A stretch of DNA of 37,895 bases from a bacterium (GCA_040756235.1 JBFLZG010000146.1:1-37895); one strand, 5' to 3'. Shown: positions 1 to 13,168, counted from the first letter of the stretch. Made by a program: numbers and translations. Notes: generated by a model not told the origin, from the letters alone.

Positions 1-114
1 AAAATGCCCAGATGCAAGGCGCGCGAAATCCCGAGGAATGAGGCGTACATTTCAGTACGCCGCAGTGACGAGGGACGAGCGCAACGCCGCAGATGGGCGT
101 TTTGGGACAGGCTC
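1..114. repeat. Palindromic MITE/REP-like element, left end cut by the window edge
   Basis: Outer inverted pair AAAATGCCCA (1-10) / TGGGCGTTTT; central hairpin GGCGTAC-atttca-GTACGCC; ends in TTTTGGGACAGGCTCT, which looks like an IS-type terminal repeat. No convincing ORF. Confidence 0.6.
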
Positions 115-854
115 TAGTTAGAATAGAGACTTTCCTGCTCTGGTTGCAACCTGCCGATCGTGATGAGTACATCGTCTCGCAGGTACTCTATCGCGTGAGC
201 ACTCCTTCTGCACCTCTCCACCCGCCTGAAATCCGGAACCGGCCGGGCACGAAAGCGTCGCCGAAGCTCGAAGCGGCGGCAAGTGAGGAGACAAATGGGG
301 GACCCAGTCACGCGAGAGCAGGGTTGAAAGGCCCGAATCGATGAGCTCGAAGCGCAATGCGCGGAGGAGCGCGGCATTCGGCTCTCCACGGACACGCCCG
401 CCGGAGTATCGGCATCTCCTTCCTGCCGAGGAGAGCCGTCAGGCTTGCTTGCTGTGCCCGATCGACCCTAGAATATAGACTTCTTTCAGACTGCGTGGTC
501 GAGTCGCAAAGGACCCTGAGAAAGTGGCAGCCGACCTTTCCTCTTTTTTCAGTTCTGTTCCTCTCTCTTCCGCGCGCTCGTGAGCCGTCTGTGTACGCAG
601 GTCGGGCGGGGTCTTCAATTCGCTGGTTCATACGAGGCCGCTGCTCCGAAATCGGCGCTGTGGAACGCGTCGATGGCATTCGGGGTTTCCTCGCCCGGAC
701 GGGTGCCGTGCGCCTGAGGAATCCGGGCTCAGCGATCCGCGGCAAGCGGAAATCCGGGAGCGCCATCGGATCCCGGTCAAGGTGAAAACAACAAGCATCT
801 GTCGAAGGCGCTCGGAGAAGAGCAGGCCGACCTCTCATGTTCCGGAGGAACGAT

Positions 855-3800
855 ATGTCGAGCACTCACGACAGTCCGCTCGTTCGGCCCTTGATGCGCT
901 ATGGCTGCGCGTTGGGCGCGGTCGCGGCGGGGTTCCTGTTGCGTCTGGTGCTGACGGCGCACGTCGGCCCGGGTTTGCCAACTTACATCACGTTCTATCC
1001 GCCCGTGATGTTCGTGGCCCTCGTGGCCGGCTTCTGGCCAGGGCTCCTGGCGACCGCAACGGCCGGCTTGTGTGCGGACTACTGGCTCCTGGCCCCGCAA
1101 GGGCTCGGGACCTCCACTCTCGTCGATTCGATCGGCCTGGCTTTCTTCCTCGGCATGGGCCTTTTCATGAGCGTAGTGGCCGAGCTCTACCGTCGTAACA
1201 AGGACAAGGCGGCCGCCTATGAAAAGGATCTCGCCCTGAGCGAAAGCCGGGAGGAGCTGCGCCGCCAGCGCGAGTGGCTGCGGGTCACGCTCACCAGTAT
1301 CGGGGACGCCGTGCTGGCAACGGACACCGACGGCATGGTCACCTTTCTCAACCCGGTCGCCGCGGCCCTGACCGGCTGGACGCAGGAGCAGGCCCTGGGC
1401 CAGCCGGTCCAGAGCGTGTTCCGAATCCTCAACGAAAAGACGCGCGAGGAGGCGGAGGACATCGTCGCACTCGTGCTGCGCCGGCGTTCCGTCGTCTCCC
1501 TGGCCAATCACACGGCCCTGGTGGCCCGCGACGGGCGCGAGATTCCGATCGAGGACAGCGCGGCCCCGATCCGGGATCCCGCCGGCACCTTGGCTGGCGT
1601 GGTCCTCGTGTTCCACGATGTCACCGCAAAGCGCCGGGCGCAGGAGGAGCTGCGGGAATCGGAAGAGAGACTGCGTATCGTCGCGGACTTCACCTATGAC
1701 ATGGAGTCCTGGCGCAGCCCGGACCAGCGCTTCCGCTATCTTTCACCTTCCTGCGAGCGCATCACCGGATACGGCCGCGAGGAGTTCCTGCGGGACCCTC
1801 AACTCTATAGCCGTATCATTCACCCGGATGACCGGGAACGTCTGGCGGCTCATTTCCGTGAAGACCAATCGAGTCCGGACCCGCGCGAGCTCGAATTCCG
1901 CATGGTGCGCCGCGACGGCCAGGTGCGATGGATGGCCCACGTATGCCAGCCCGTCCTGGACCCGCAGGGGCAGGTGCTGGGCCGGCGAGCTTCCGACCGC
2001 GACATCACCGACCGCAAGCGCGCCGAAGAGGCGTTGCGCGAAGAGCGCGACTTCACCGCAGCCGTGCTGGATACGGCCGGTGCGCTGGTGGTCGTTCTGG
2101 ACAGAGAAGGGCGGATCACGCGCTTCAACCGGGCTTGTGAGGCCATCACGGGCTACCCGGCCGAGGAGGCGCTGGGCCGGGTCTCCTGGGACTTTCTGAT
2201 TCCGTCCGAGGAGCTCCCGGGGGTCCGGCAGGTATGGGCGGCTTTGCAGGCCGGGGATTTTCCGAACAGGCACGAAAATCACTGGGTGGCGAAAGACGGC
2301 TCACGGCGCCTCATCGAGTGGTCGAACACGGCCATCGCGGGTGCCCGAGGCGAGGTCGAGCACGTCATCGCGACGGGAGTGGACATCACGGAGCGCAGGC
2401 TCCACGAGGTGCGCATTGCCCGGTTGACGAAACTGTACCGGGTCCTCAGTCGTGTGAATGAGGCGATTGTCCGGACGCGCAGCGAAGAGCCGCTGCACGA
2501 TGAGGTCTGCCGGATCGTCTCCGAGGAAGGAGGATTCCCGCTGGCCTGGGTGGGCCAGGTGAAGGAACGGCAGATAGAGCCGACGGCATCCTACGGCCCG
2601 GCGGCAGCTTATCTCGAGGAGATCCGGGTGGAAGTGGATGGCGAATTGGGCAAGGGACCGACCGGTTCCTGCATTCGCGAAAACCGGCCGGTGGTCAATG
2701 ATGACTTTGATATGAATCCCCATACCGTTCCCTGGCGCGAGAGCGCCCTGCGGTTCGGGTTCCGGGCATCGGCGGCCTTTCCCCTGCACCGGCGCGGGAA
2801 GGCTGTGGGTGCGTTCACGCTCTACGCCTCGGAGCCGGGCGTATTCGACGAAGAGCAGGTCGGCCTGCTCGAAGCACTCTGCTCTGACGTATCCTATGCC
2901 CTGGACAAGATCGAGCAGGAGCGACTTCGCACGGAAGCCGAAGAGGCCCTGCGCCGGAGCGAGGAACGGTTCCGCGTCGCCCAGGAGCTTTCTCTGGACG
3001 CGTTCACCATTCTCAAGCCGGAGCGGGACGATGGCGGCCGCACCGTGGACTTCCGCTGGGAGTACGTGAATCCGCAGGCCGGACGGACCCTGCGCCGCTC
3101 TCCGGAAGAGCTGGTCGGCAAGCGCTTGCTCGAGGTGCTGCCCGGGAACCAGACGGTGAGCGACCTTTTCGAGCGCTACGTGCGCGTGGTCGAGACCGGC
3201 GAGCCCCATGACTATGAGCTGTCGTACGAATCGGAAGGCGTTCGGGGCTGGTTCCGTAACATGACCGTGAGAGTCGGGGACGGCATCGCCGTCTACTTCA
3301 CGGACATTACCGAGCGCAAGAGGGTCGAACAGGAACGACAGAGTCGGATCGCCAACCTGAATTCACTTCTCGCGGTCAGCCTGGACGTGCTCGCGGCCGA
3401 GAGCGTCTCCGAACTGCTGGATCGGGTGGCCGATGCCGCAAGAGTGATCACTCGAGCCCGGAACGCCATCGCCGGACTCGGGTACAGGGCGGGTCAGCGG
3501 ACCTTGGAATCCGCATCCCTGTCCGGAGGCGATCCTTCTTCCCGCGCGGGATCTGCCTTCAAGATCGAAGCGGGCGCAGACTACTTGAACCTGATTGGAA
3601 GCAGGCTCTCGCTGCGGCTGACCGAAGAGGAGCTTCGGAGCCACATCGTGGGGCGAGGTATCCCGGAGAGACGCGGGCCGCTTCCGGGGGTTCTCGGGGC
3701 GAGCCTTCTCGGACGAGACGGAAAAGCTCAGGGCCTGATCATGGTCGGCGCCAAGGAGGACGGGGAGTTTACCGAAGAGGACGAGCTCATCCTCCGGCAG

Positions 3801-4586
3801 CTCGCCCACCTGGCATCCGTGGGAGTCCAGCACCTCCAGGCGAGGGAAGCGCTGGCAAATTCCCGTGACGAGCTGGAGATCCGGGTGCGTGAAAGGACCG
3901 CCGAGCTCCAGCTATCAGAGAAAAGGCTGAGGGACCTCTCGGCCAGGCTCCTGACCGCTCAGGAAGAGGAGAGGAGACGGATGGCCCTCGAGGTCCATGA
4001 TGGGCTCAGCTCGACCCTGAGCGCCACCAAGTACCGGATCGAGCGAATCCTGGCCGAGGGGGGGAATCGATCCGACCTGCAGGAGGTGGCATCTCAGCTG
4101 AGCAGAACCATTGAAGACTCCCGCAGGCTGCAGATGGCCCTTCGCCCCTCCGTGCTGGACGACCTCGGCATCCTTGCAGCCCTGAGCTGGCTCGCCCGGG
4201 AAACCGTGAAGGCATACCCCCACATCCGGGTAGAGAGGCAGTTCGAGCTGGAGGAAGAAGACGTGCCGGAATCCCTGAAGACCGTCATCTTCCGGGTTTC
4301 TCAAGAGGCGGTGAACAACATTGCGAAGCACAGCACCGCAAATGCCGTGAGCTTGTGCTTGCAGAACGTCGACAGCCGGATCGAGTTGGCGGTCCAGGAT
4401 AACGGCCGCGGCTTCGACGTCGAAGAGGCCTCCGGGCGCACGAAGAAGGGGCTGGGCCTGCTGAGCATGCGGGAACGCACGGAGCTCTCAGGCGGCTTCT
4501 TTCACATCGCATCCGCTGCGGGGAAAGGAACGACCATTCGCGCATTTTGGCCCCTGAGCGGTCCGGCCGCAGACGCAGAAGCATGA
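855..4586 (+). CDS. Membrane-anchored multi-PAS/GAF sensor histidine kinase (DUF4118-like TM region, 4 PAS/PAC, 2 GAF, HisKA_3 + HATPase; NarX/UhpB type)
   Basis: N-terminal hydrophobic helices; repeated PAC ends (HDVTAKR, DITDRK, DITERR, DITERK); H-box EEERRRMALEVHDGL; N-box QEAVNNIAKHS; G boxes DNGRGF, GLGLLSMRER, GKGTT. GGAGG before ATG 855 favours this start over 837. Confidence 0.92.
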   Translation: MSSTHDSPLVRPLMRYGCALGAVAAGFLLRLVLTAHVGPGLPTYITFYPPVMFVALVAGFWPGLLATATAGLCADYWLLAPQGLGTSTLVDSIGLAFFLGMGLFMSVVAELYRRNKDKAAAYEKDLALSESREELRRQREWLRVTLTSIGDAVLATDTDGMVTFLNPVAAALTGWTQEQALGQPVQSVFRILNEKTREEAEDIVALVLRRRSVVSLANHTALVARDGREIPIEDSAAPIRDPAGTLAGVVLVFHDVTAKRRAQEELRESEERLRIVADFTYDMESWRSPDQRFRYLSPSCERITGYGREEFLRDPQLYSRIIHPDDRERLAAHFREDQSSPDPRELEFRMVRRDGQVRWMAHVCQPVLDPQGQVLGRRASDRDITDRKRAEEALREERDFTAAVLDTAGALVVVLDREGRITRFNRACEAITGYPAEEALGRVSWDFLIPSEELPGVRQVWAALQAGDFPNRHENHWVAKDGSRRLIEWSNTAIAGARGEVEHVIATGVDITERRLHEVRIARLTKLYRVLSRVNEAIVRTRSEEPLHDEVCRIVSEEGGFPLAWVGQVKERQIEPTASYGPAAAYLEEIRVEVDGELGKGPTGSCIRENRPVVNDDFDMNPHTVPWRESALRFGFRASAAFPLHRRGKAVGAFTLYASEPGVFDEEQVGLLEALCSDVSYALDKIEQERLRTEAEEALRRSEERFRVAQELSLDAFTILKPERDDGGRTVDFRWEYVNPQAGRTLRRSPEELVGKRLLEVLPGNQTVSDLFERYVRVVETGEPHDYELSYESEGVRGWFRNMTVRVGDGIAVYFTDITERKRVEQERQSRIANLNSLLAVSLDVLAAESVSELLDRVADAARVITRARNAIAGLGYRAGQRTLESASLSGGDPSSRAGSAFKIEAGADYLNLIGSRLSLRLTEEELRSHIVGRGIPERRGPLPGVLGASLLGRDGKAQGLIMVGAKEDGEFTEEDELILRQLAHLASVGVQHLQAREALANSRDELEIRVRERTAELQLSEKRLRDLSARLLTAQEEERRRMALEVHDGLSSTLSATKYRIERILAEGGNRSDLQEVASQLSRTIEDSRRLQMALRPSVLDDLGILAALSWLARETVKAYPHIRVERQFELEEEDVPESLKTVIFRVSQEAVNNIAKHSTANAVSLCLQNVDSRIELAVQDNGRGFDVEEASGRTKKGLGLLSMRERTELSGGFFHIASAAGKGTTIRAFWPLSGPAADAEA

Positions 4587-4836
4587 GACCTTGAATGAGG
4601 ACGAGTCCCGTCCGCGAGATCCTCCCCCCGGGCTGAACCGAATTCGCGAGCGCGGCGATTCCCGGCACCCCCCGAAAATCGCGAGAACCCTTCCTGCCAG
4701 GGCCGGCAAGGGCGCCACGGATGGTTCTCGGGGCTCCAGAAATGGCTTGACTTGGAGCGATCTTTGGTCAAACTGTTGCGCTGGAAGCAGAGACGCGGAC
4801 GAGCGCCCATCCCATGCCGCATCAAGGAGAGAATCG

Positions 4837-5823
4837 ATGAGCAACGCCAGGGTGAACACCGTTACGGGCCCGATCCTTCCCGGCGAGATGGGGGTCACGC
4901 TCCCCCACGAGCACCTCGTCTTTGGCTACACCGGCTGGGATGCGGATCAGACGATGGGCCCTTTCGACCGGCGAAAGGTTGTCGAGACCGGCGTGAAGGT
5001 CGTCAACGACCTCAAGAGCCTCGGCGTGAAGACGCTCGTGGAAGCGACCTGCGCCGATCAGGGGCGCAGCCCTGAGATTCTCCGTGAGATCGCGGAGCAG
5101 ACCGGGCTCAACATCATCTGCACGACCGGTCTTTACAACGAGCACGAGGGAGGGGTCGCCTACTGGAAGTTCCGGGGTATGCTCGGCGACGCCGAAAAGG
5201 AAATCTACGAGCTCTTCATGAAAGAGATCACCGTAGGCATCCGGGATACGGGGATCAAGGCAGGCTGCATCAAAGCCGCTTCGAGCCACGGCGCGATCAC
5301 CGAGTACGAAAAAAAGGTCTTCCGGGCCGCTGCCCGCGCCCAGAAGGAAACGGGAGTCCCGATCATCACGCACACGGAAGAGGGGACCATGGGGCCCGAG
5401 CAGGCGGAGCTCCTGATCGGCGAGGGCGTGGACCCCAAGCGGATCCAGATCGGGCACATGAGCAACTCCACGGACATGCGCTACCAGATCGCGGTCCTGG
5501 ACAAGGGCGTGTTCTCGGCTTTCGACCGCATGGGCATCGAGGTCATCGCGGGGTGCCCGTACGATCGCGAGAAGATCCCGATCCTGATCGGCCTCCTCGG
5601 CTGCGGGTACGCGGGCCAGCTCACGCTCTCCCACGACTACATCACCGCCTGGCTGGGCAGGCCTCTGGCGGTCGCTCCGTCCAGCCTGCCGTTCCTGGCC
5701 AACTGGTATCCCACCCATGTCCTGAAGAACATCGTCCCGACTCTGCAAAAGGCCGGGGTGACCCGGGAACAGGTCCAGACCATGCTCGTCGACAATCCGC
5801 GCCGGCTGTTCGGCGGCGCCTGA
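4837..5823 (+). CDS. Phosphotriesterase-like lactonase (amidohydrolase superfamily, GkaP/Dr0930-like)
   Basis: TVTGP..G.TLPHEH metal motif, TGIKAGCIK (carboxylated Lys), IITHT, IGH, FDR, LSHD, NPRRLF; AAGGAG RBS before ATG 4837. Confidence 0.9.
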   Translation: MSNARVNTVTGPILPGEMGVTLPHEHLVFGYTGWDADQTMGPFDRRKVVETGVKVVNDLKSLGVKTLVEATCADQGRSPEILREIAEQTGLNIICTTGLYNEHEGGVAYWKFRGMLGDAEKEIYELFMKEITVGIRDTGIKAGCIKAASSHGAITEYEKKVFRAAARAQKETGVPIITHTEEGTMGPEQAELLIGEGVDPKRIQIGHMSNSTDMRYQIAVLDKGVFSAFDRMGIEVIAGCPYDREKIPILIGLLGCGYAGQLTLSHDYITAWLGRPLAVAPSSLPFLANWYPTHVLKNIVPTLQKAGVTREQVQTMLVDNPRRLFGGA

Positions 5824-5922
5824 GCAGAGGCGAGGGCGATGAATTCCCCTCTTTCCCGTGCACGGTCCCCTTTTCGAAAGGCGGGGGAGCATGGATTCCG
5901 GCGTGCTGGCCTGGGTCCTATT

Positions 5923-6254
5923 TTCGTCATCCCGGCCCAACCGCGGAGCGCGTGCGAGCCGGGATCCAGAAGGGCGCACCATGCATAGCGATGGTTACCG
6001 GGTGACGGGGACTGGACCCCGGCCTGCGAGGCTGTGTCACAATTCGTCATCCCGGCCCATGTGCGGAGCGCGTGCGAGCCGGGATCCAGAAGGGCGCACC
6101 AGGACCAGCTGTGGTAACTGGGCGCAGGGACTGGATTCCGGCCTTCGCCGGAAGGACGGAAATCATGCGGCCGCGCCTCCGAGTCCTCCGGAATGAGTGG
6201 TCGCACGAGGGTCTGACCGGATTTATGACACAGCCTCCTGCGCCGGGGTGACGG
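5923..6254. repeat. REP-like palindromic unit (TTCGTCATCCCGGCCCA...GCCGGGATCCAG...CTGGACCCCGGCCTGCGCCGGGGTGACGG), interrupted by the MITE at 6029-6236
   Basis: The 59-bp block 5923-5981 recurs at 6043-6101; a reverse-complement relative lies at 20588-20706 and a partial copy near 15996-16028. Confidence 0.8.
6029..6236. mobile_element. 208-bp MITE with 16-bp terminal inverted repeats and a 6-bp target-site duplication
   Basis: Left end AGGCTGTGTCACAATT; right end reverse complement AGGCTGTGTCATAAAT (14/16 match); flanked by CCTGCG at 6023-6028 and 6237-6242. Confidence 0.8.
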
Positions 6255-6351
6255 AAAAGAGCCAGGACCCTGAGGCACGGAGGGATTCCCGCGGTTCGCC
6301 GGAATGACGACGAAGGCAACAATTCCTCGCTCCCCGCTGGAGGTAACGGAC

Positions 6352-7950
6352 ATGTGGACGGCGCCTCAGACGATTCCGGAGATGCTGGCGAGAAACGTAC
6401 GGGACTTTCCGCACCGGGAGGCGGTCATCGCACAACAGTTCCGCACCGGCAACTGGGCGAGAAACACCTGGAGCGAGCTGGATGCCGTCACCGACCGGGT
6501 TGCGGCCGGTCTGGCCGGGCTCGGCGTGACCCGGGGCAGCAAGGTCGCCTTCCTGCACGGGAACAGCCTCGAGGCCTACCATGCGTACCTGGCCATCCAC
6601 AAGCTCGGCGCCATGTTCGTGCCGATCAACGTACGCCTGGTCGCCAGGGAAGTCCTGTACATCGTGGACCACTCGGACGCCGAGCTCATGATCCTGGGAC
6701 AGAGCTACGTGCCTCTGACGGAAGAGATCCGGGGCAGGCTCGAAAAGGTGAGGGGCTACGTCTGCATCGAAAAGGAGGGAACGGCGCTCCCCGGGTGGGC
6801 GACGCCGTTCAGCAGCCTTTGCCAAACGGCCGGAAGACCGCCCCGGGCCGCGGTCGGCCCCGACGACGAAGCGGACCTCCTGTACACCTCCGGGACCACC
6901 GGCTTTCCGAAAGGGGTGGTCCTCACGCAGGCGAACAAGGTGGCCTGCGGCCGGATGGTGGGTGCGTCCACCGGGTGCGTGCGGAAGCATTACGGCGCCG
7001 AGAAGTTCCAGAGCCCGTTCCCGTTCTTTACTTCCACGGGCGTCAGCTCGGTCCTGATGACCTGGCTCTACTACGGCCTGACCGTGATCCTGGAGCCCGC
7101 CTTCGACGTGGGCATCGCCCTGGAGACCATCCAGCGGGAGCGCACGACGGTCTACATGGGCGCCCCGGCCATGTTCATCTTCCTCCTGGCAGATCCGCGC
7201 TTCAAACAGTACGACACTTCCTCGCTGCGCGGCGTCGGCTACGGCGGATCGGCCATGCCCGAGGAAGTCATTCGCCAGATCATGGAGGCGTGGCCGGGCA
7301 TCAAGGTCAGCAACATGTACGGCCTCACCGAGGGCGGCACGGGCGGCACGTGCCTGCCCCCGGCTGACGCCCTGACCAAGTTCGGCTCCATCGGCGTCCC
7401 GTGGCCGCCGGACCAGGAGGCGCGGATCGTGGACGAGGACGACCGGGACGTGGCCCTGGGAGAGGTTGGGGAGATCGTGATTCGGGGCCCGAACGTGATG
7501 AAGGAGTACTACAAGGACCCCGAGGCCACGCGCGAAGCCCTGCGCAACGGCTGGCTCCACACCGGGGACATGGGCCGCTACGACGAAGACGGGTATTTCT
7601 ACTACACGGACCGCAAGAAGGACATGATCGTGAGGGGCGGCTTCAACGTCTACCCCGTGGAGGTGGAAAACGTGCTCCACGAGCACCCGGCCGTGCGGCA
7701 GGCGGCGGTCATGGGCAAGCCGCACCCGATGCTGGGCGAAGACGTCCTGGCCTTTGTCGTGCCCGCGCCGGGGGCCGGCGTGAGCGCCGAGGACGTCATG
7801 TCCTTCTGCCGGGACAAGATCGCGGACTTCAAGCGCCCCAGAGAGGTGCGGTTCGTCGACGCGCTGCCCATGACGCTCCTGGGCAAGCTCGACAAGAAAG
7901 CCATCCGGGCCACGCTGATGGCCGATGATTTCGCCAAGGCGAAGAAGTGA
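6352..7950 (+). CDS. Acyl-CoA synthetase (AMP-forming, class I adenylate-forming enzyme)
   Basis: YTSGTTGFPKG, YGLTE, GEIVIRGPNVMKEYY, WLHTGDMG, DRKKDMI.RGG.NVYP.EVE, GKLDK; GGAGG RBS before ATG 6352. Confidence 0.93.
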   Translation: MWTAPQTIPEMLARNVRDFPHREAVIAQQFRTGNWARNTWSELDAVTDRVAAGLAGLGVTRGSKVAFLHGNSLEAYHAYLAIHKLGAMFVPINVRLVAREVLYIVDHSDAELMILGQSYVPLTEEIRGRLEKVRGYVCIEKEGTALPGWATPFSSLCQTAGRPPRAAVGPDDEADLLYTSGTTGFPKGVVLTQANKVACGRMVGASTGCVRKHYGAEKFQSPFPFFTSTGVSSVLMTWLYYGLTVILEPAFDVGIALETIQRERTTVYMGAPAMFIFLLADPRFKQYDTSSLRGVGYGGSAMPEEVIRQIMEAWPGIKVSNMYGLTEGGTGGTCLPPADALTKFGSIGVPWPPDQEARIVDEDDRDVALGEVGEIVIRGPNVMKEYYKDPEATREALRNGWLHTGDMGRYDEDGYFYYTDRKKDMIVRGGFNVYPVEVENVLHEHPAVRQAAVMGKPHPMLGEDVLAFVVPAPGAGVSAEDVMSFCRDKIADFKRPREVRFVDALPMTLLGKLDKKAIRATLMADDFAKAKK

Positions 7951-7967
7951 GCGGGAGGGGAGGAGCC

Positions 7968-9041
7968 ATGGCTTCGGAGCTGATCGACAGACCCAGGCAG
8001 GTTCGCAAGGGAGAAGAGCTCGAGGCAGCCAAGATCGAGACCTTCCTGAAGGGTACGATCCCGGGCCTGGACGGCCCGGTGACCATTCTGCAGTATCCGG
8101 GAGGGCACTCGAACCTGACGTATTCGGTGCGCGTCGGCGGGCACGAGCTCGTGCTCAGGAGGCCCCCCTTCGGGACCAAGGCCAAGACCGCCCACGACAT
8201 GCATCGCGAGTACCGGATCCTGAAAATCCTGCGGCCGGTCTTTCCCTACTGCCCGCAGCCCCTCGCCTACACCGAAGATCCGTCGATCATGGGGTGCCCC
8301 TTCTACGTGATGGAGAAGGTCCGGGGCATCATCGTAAGGAAGGACTGGCCCGCCGGGCTGGAGCTCATGCCGGACCAGGTGCGGGCGCTGTTCACGAACG
8401 TCATCCGCGTGCACGCGGAGCTGCACGCGATCGACTATCAGGCCGCGGGCCTGGGCGATTTCGGCAAGCCCAAGGGCTACGTGCGGCGCCAGGTCGAGGG
8501 ATGGATCGGACGCTACCGGAACGCCCGCACCCCGGACGCGCCGGACTGCGAAGAGGTGATGGGATGGTTCATGGAGCACATGCCGGCCGAGTCGGAGCGG
8601 GCCTCGGTCATTCACAACGACTTCCGGCTGGACAACTGCGTGCTCGACGAAAAAGACCCGCTGCGGATCATCGGGGTCCTCGACTGGGAGATGGCGACGA
8701 TCGGCGACCCGCTGATGGACCTGGGATCGAGCCTGGCGTATTTCATCCACGCCGACGACCCGCCCGAGGCTCTGGCCATGCGCACCTGCCCCAGCAACGC
8801 GCCGGGCGCGCCCACCCGGCGGGAAGTGATCCGGATGTATGAAGAGCTTTCTGGAATGAAGTTCCAAAGCCCGGAATTTTACTACGCCTTTGGTCTATTT
8901 CGCCTGGCCGTCATCGTCCAGCAGATCTACTATCGCTTCTATCATGGCCAGACGCAGGATGTGCGCTTCCAGGCCATGATCTTCGGAACCATCGCGCTCG
9001 AAAAGGCTGCCCGCAGGGTCATCGAAGGCGAAGGCCTGTGA
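7968..9041 (+). CDS. APH-family phosphotransferase, ACAD10/11 kinase-domain or LvaA-like
   Basis: GGHSNLTY, VLRRPP, AHDMHREY, G.PFYVME, IHNDFRLDN, VLDWEMATIGDPL.DL; AGGAG RBS before ATG 7968. Confidence 0.88.
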   Translation: MASELIDRPRQVRKGEELEAAKIETFLKGTIPGLDGPVTILQYPGGHSNLTYSVRVGGHELVLRRPPFGTKAKTAHDMHREYRILKILRPVFPYCPQPLAYTEDPSIMGCPFYVMEKVRGIIVRKDWPAGLELMPDQVRALFTNVIRVHAELHAIDYQAAGLGDFGKPKGYVRRQVEGWIGRYRNARTPDAPDCEEVMGWFMEHMPAESERASVIHNDFRLDNCVLDEKDPLRIIGVLDWEMATIGDPLMDLGSSLAYFIHADDPPEALAMRTCPSNAPGAPTRREVIRMYEELSGMKFQSPEFYYAFGLFRLAVIVQQIYYRFYHGQTQDVRFQAMIFGTIALEKAARRVIEGEGL

Positions 9042-9145
9042 TGCGGGGGAAATGGCGACTCTCCCGCGAAAGCGGCGTGTCATCATTCGTCATCCGGGCC
9101 AAGGCCGCATTGAGCGGGCGGAGCGAGGACACGAAGTGTTGCGGA

Positions 9146-9216
9146 CATTGCGAGGGAGCCACAGGCGACCGAAGCAACCCCCGGAGCCAGGGAGGTTGCT
9201 TCGCTACGCTCGCAAT
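9146..9216. repeat. Palindromic repeat element (CATTGCGAG...CGAAGCAACC...GGTTGCTTCG...CTCGCAAT)
   Basis: Nested inverted repeats ATTGCGAG/CTCGCAAT and CGAAGCAACC/GGTTGCTTCG, similar in architecture to RPE-type intergenic palindromes. Confidence 0.65.
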
Positions 9217-9383
9217 CTCCTATGACCTTCAAGCCGCCGGAGCGGCCTTGGCGGGGGTGAGGACCGTCTTGGAGCGCATCTTCCTCGACGTGAAACAGTA
9301 CGTTCTTGCAGGGGCAACGGACGCATGGGTCGGCCGTTTTTTCGACGCTCTGGCACAAGGGTGGATCCCCTCCCATCCCCTCC

Positions 9384-9412
9384 TTGACACGAGATATTAA
9401 TCTCCAGACAAT
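9384..9412 (+). promoter_or_regulatory. Putative sigma70 promoter for mutS, with a palindrome in the spacer
   Basis: TTGACA (9384-9389), 17 bp, GACAAT (9407-9412); GAGAT-N4-ATCTC at 9391-9404. Confidence 0.45.
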
Positions 9413-9467
9413 ATAAATGGATATGCGGGTTTCTTCATACTCTGCATGAGGTCTTTCGGGCGCGCAG

Positions 9468-12229
<2,762 letters not shown>

Positions 12230-12233
<4 letters not shown>

Positions 12234-13168
12234 GAGGGCGAGAGCAGCAGCTCGACGCGAACCGCTGGATGGATGCCTACTTCGACCACCTCCGGGTGGA
12301 GAAGGGGCTTTCCGCCAACACGCTCGAAGCGTACGGCCGCGACCTCAGGGACTTTGCCGACTGGCTCGAGGAGAACGGCGGCGGCTCGGCCCTGGAGGCC
12401 GGCGAGGACCAGGTCCGGCTCCACCTCTTTCAGCTGAAGCAGAAGGGCATGGCCAGCCGGAGCATCGCGCGCAAGGCGAGCAGCCTGCGCGGCCTGTACC
12501 GCTTCCTTCTCAAGGAGGACGCGATCGCGTCCGATCCGACGCGCCTGCTCGACGTGCCGCGGCCCGGAGCGGCCCTTCCCCGGGACCTTTCCCTGGACGA
12601 AGTCGAGGCGCTCCTGGCGCAGCCCGACACGTCCGAGCCGCTGGGCATGCGGGACAAGGCCATGCTCGAGCTGCTCTACGCGACCGGGCTCAGGGTCTCC
12701 GAGCTTCTGCGGCTGCGGCTCCAGGACCTGAACCTGGAGGTAGGGTACGTAGTGGCCTACGGCAAAGGCAAGAAGGAGAGGCTCGTCCCGGCGGGCGAGA
12801 TCGCGCTCGAGCGGCTCCGGCAATACCTGCTCTCGGGACGCCCGCAGCTCGCGGGGCGAGGAGCAGGACGGGCGCGGCCGGACAAAAACCCTTATCTGTT
12901 CCTCAATCGAAACGGCAGGAAGCTCAGCCGCCAGGGGTTTTGGAAGCTCCTGCACCAGTACGCGCTGCGCGCCGGCATCCTCTCTCCCGTGACGCCGCAC
13001 GTCCTGAGGCACTCCTTTGCCACGCACCTTCTGGAGCACGGCGCGGACCTCAGGTCGGTCCAGCTCCTGCTCGGCCACTCGAGCGTCTCGACCACGCAGA
13101 TCTACACGCACATGAACCGCGAGCGGCTCAAGCAGATCTACCAGCGCTACCACCCCCGCGCCACCTGA
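12230..13168 (+). CDS. xerD: Tyrosine recombinase XerD
   Basis: VEKGLSANTLEAYGRDL, RDKAMLELLYATGLRVSEL, GKGKKER, SRQGFW, PHVLRHSFATHLL, LLGH..STTQIYT. TTG start at 12230 follows AAGGAGG and overlaps the mutS stop (TTGA). Confidence 0.93.

Noticed and set aside
93..865. Short ORFs upstream of the first kinase
   Set aside because: No motifs, RBS support or consistent codon bias; treated as non-coding or unassignable.
5923..6101. Direct repeats as a CRISPR array
   Set aside because: Only two 59-bp copies with related intervening sequence and no cas genes; explained by the nested MITE/REP.
9282..9297. parS-like sequence ending ACGTGAAACA
   Set aside because: Only the right half matches TGTTTCACGTGAAACA; the left half has four mismatches.
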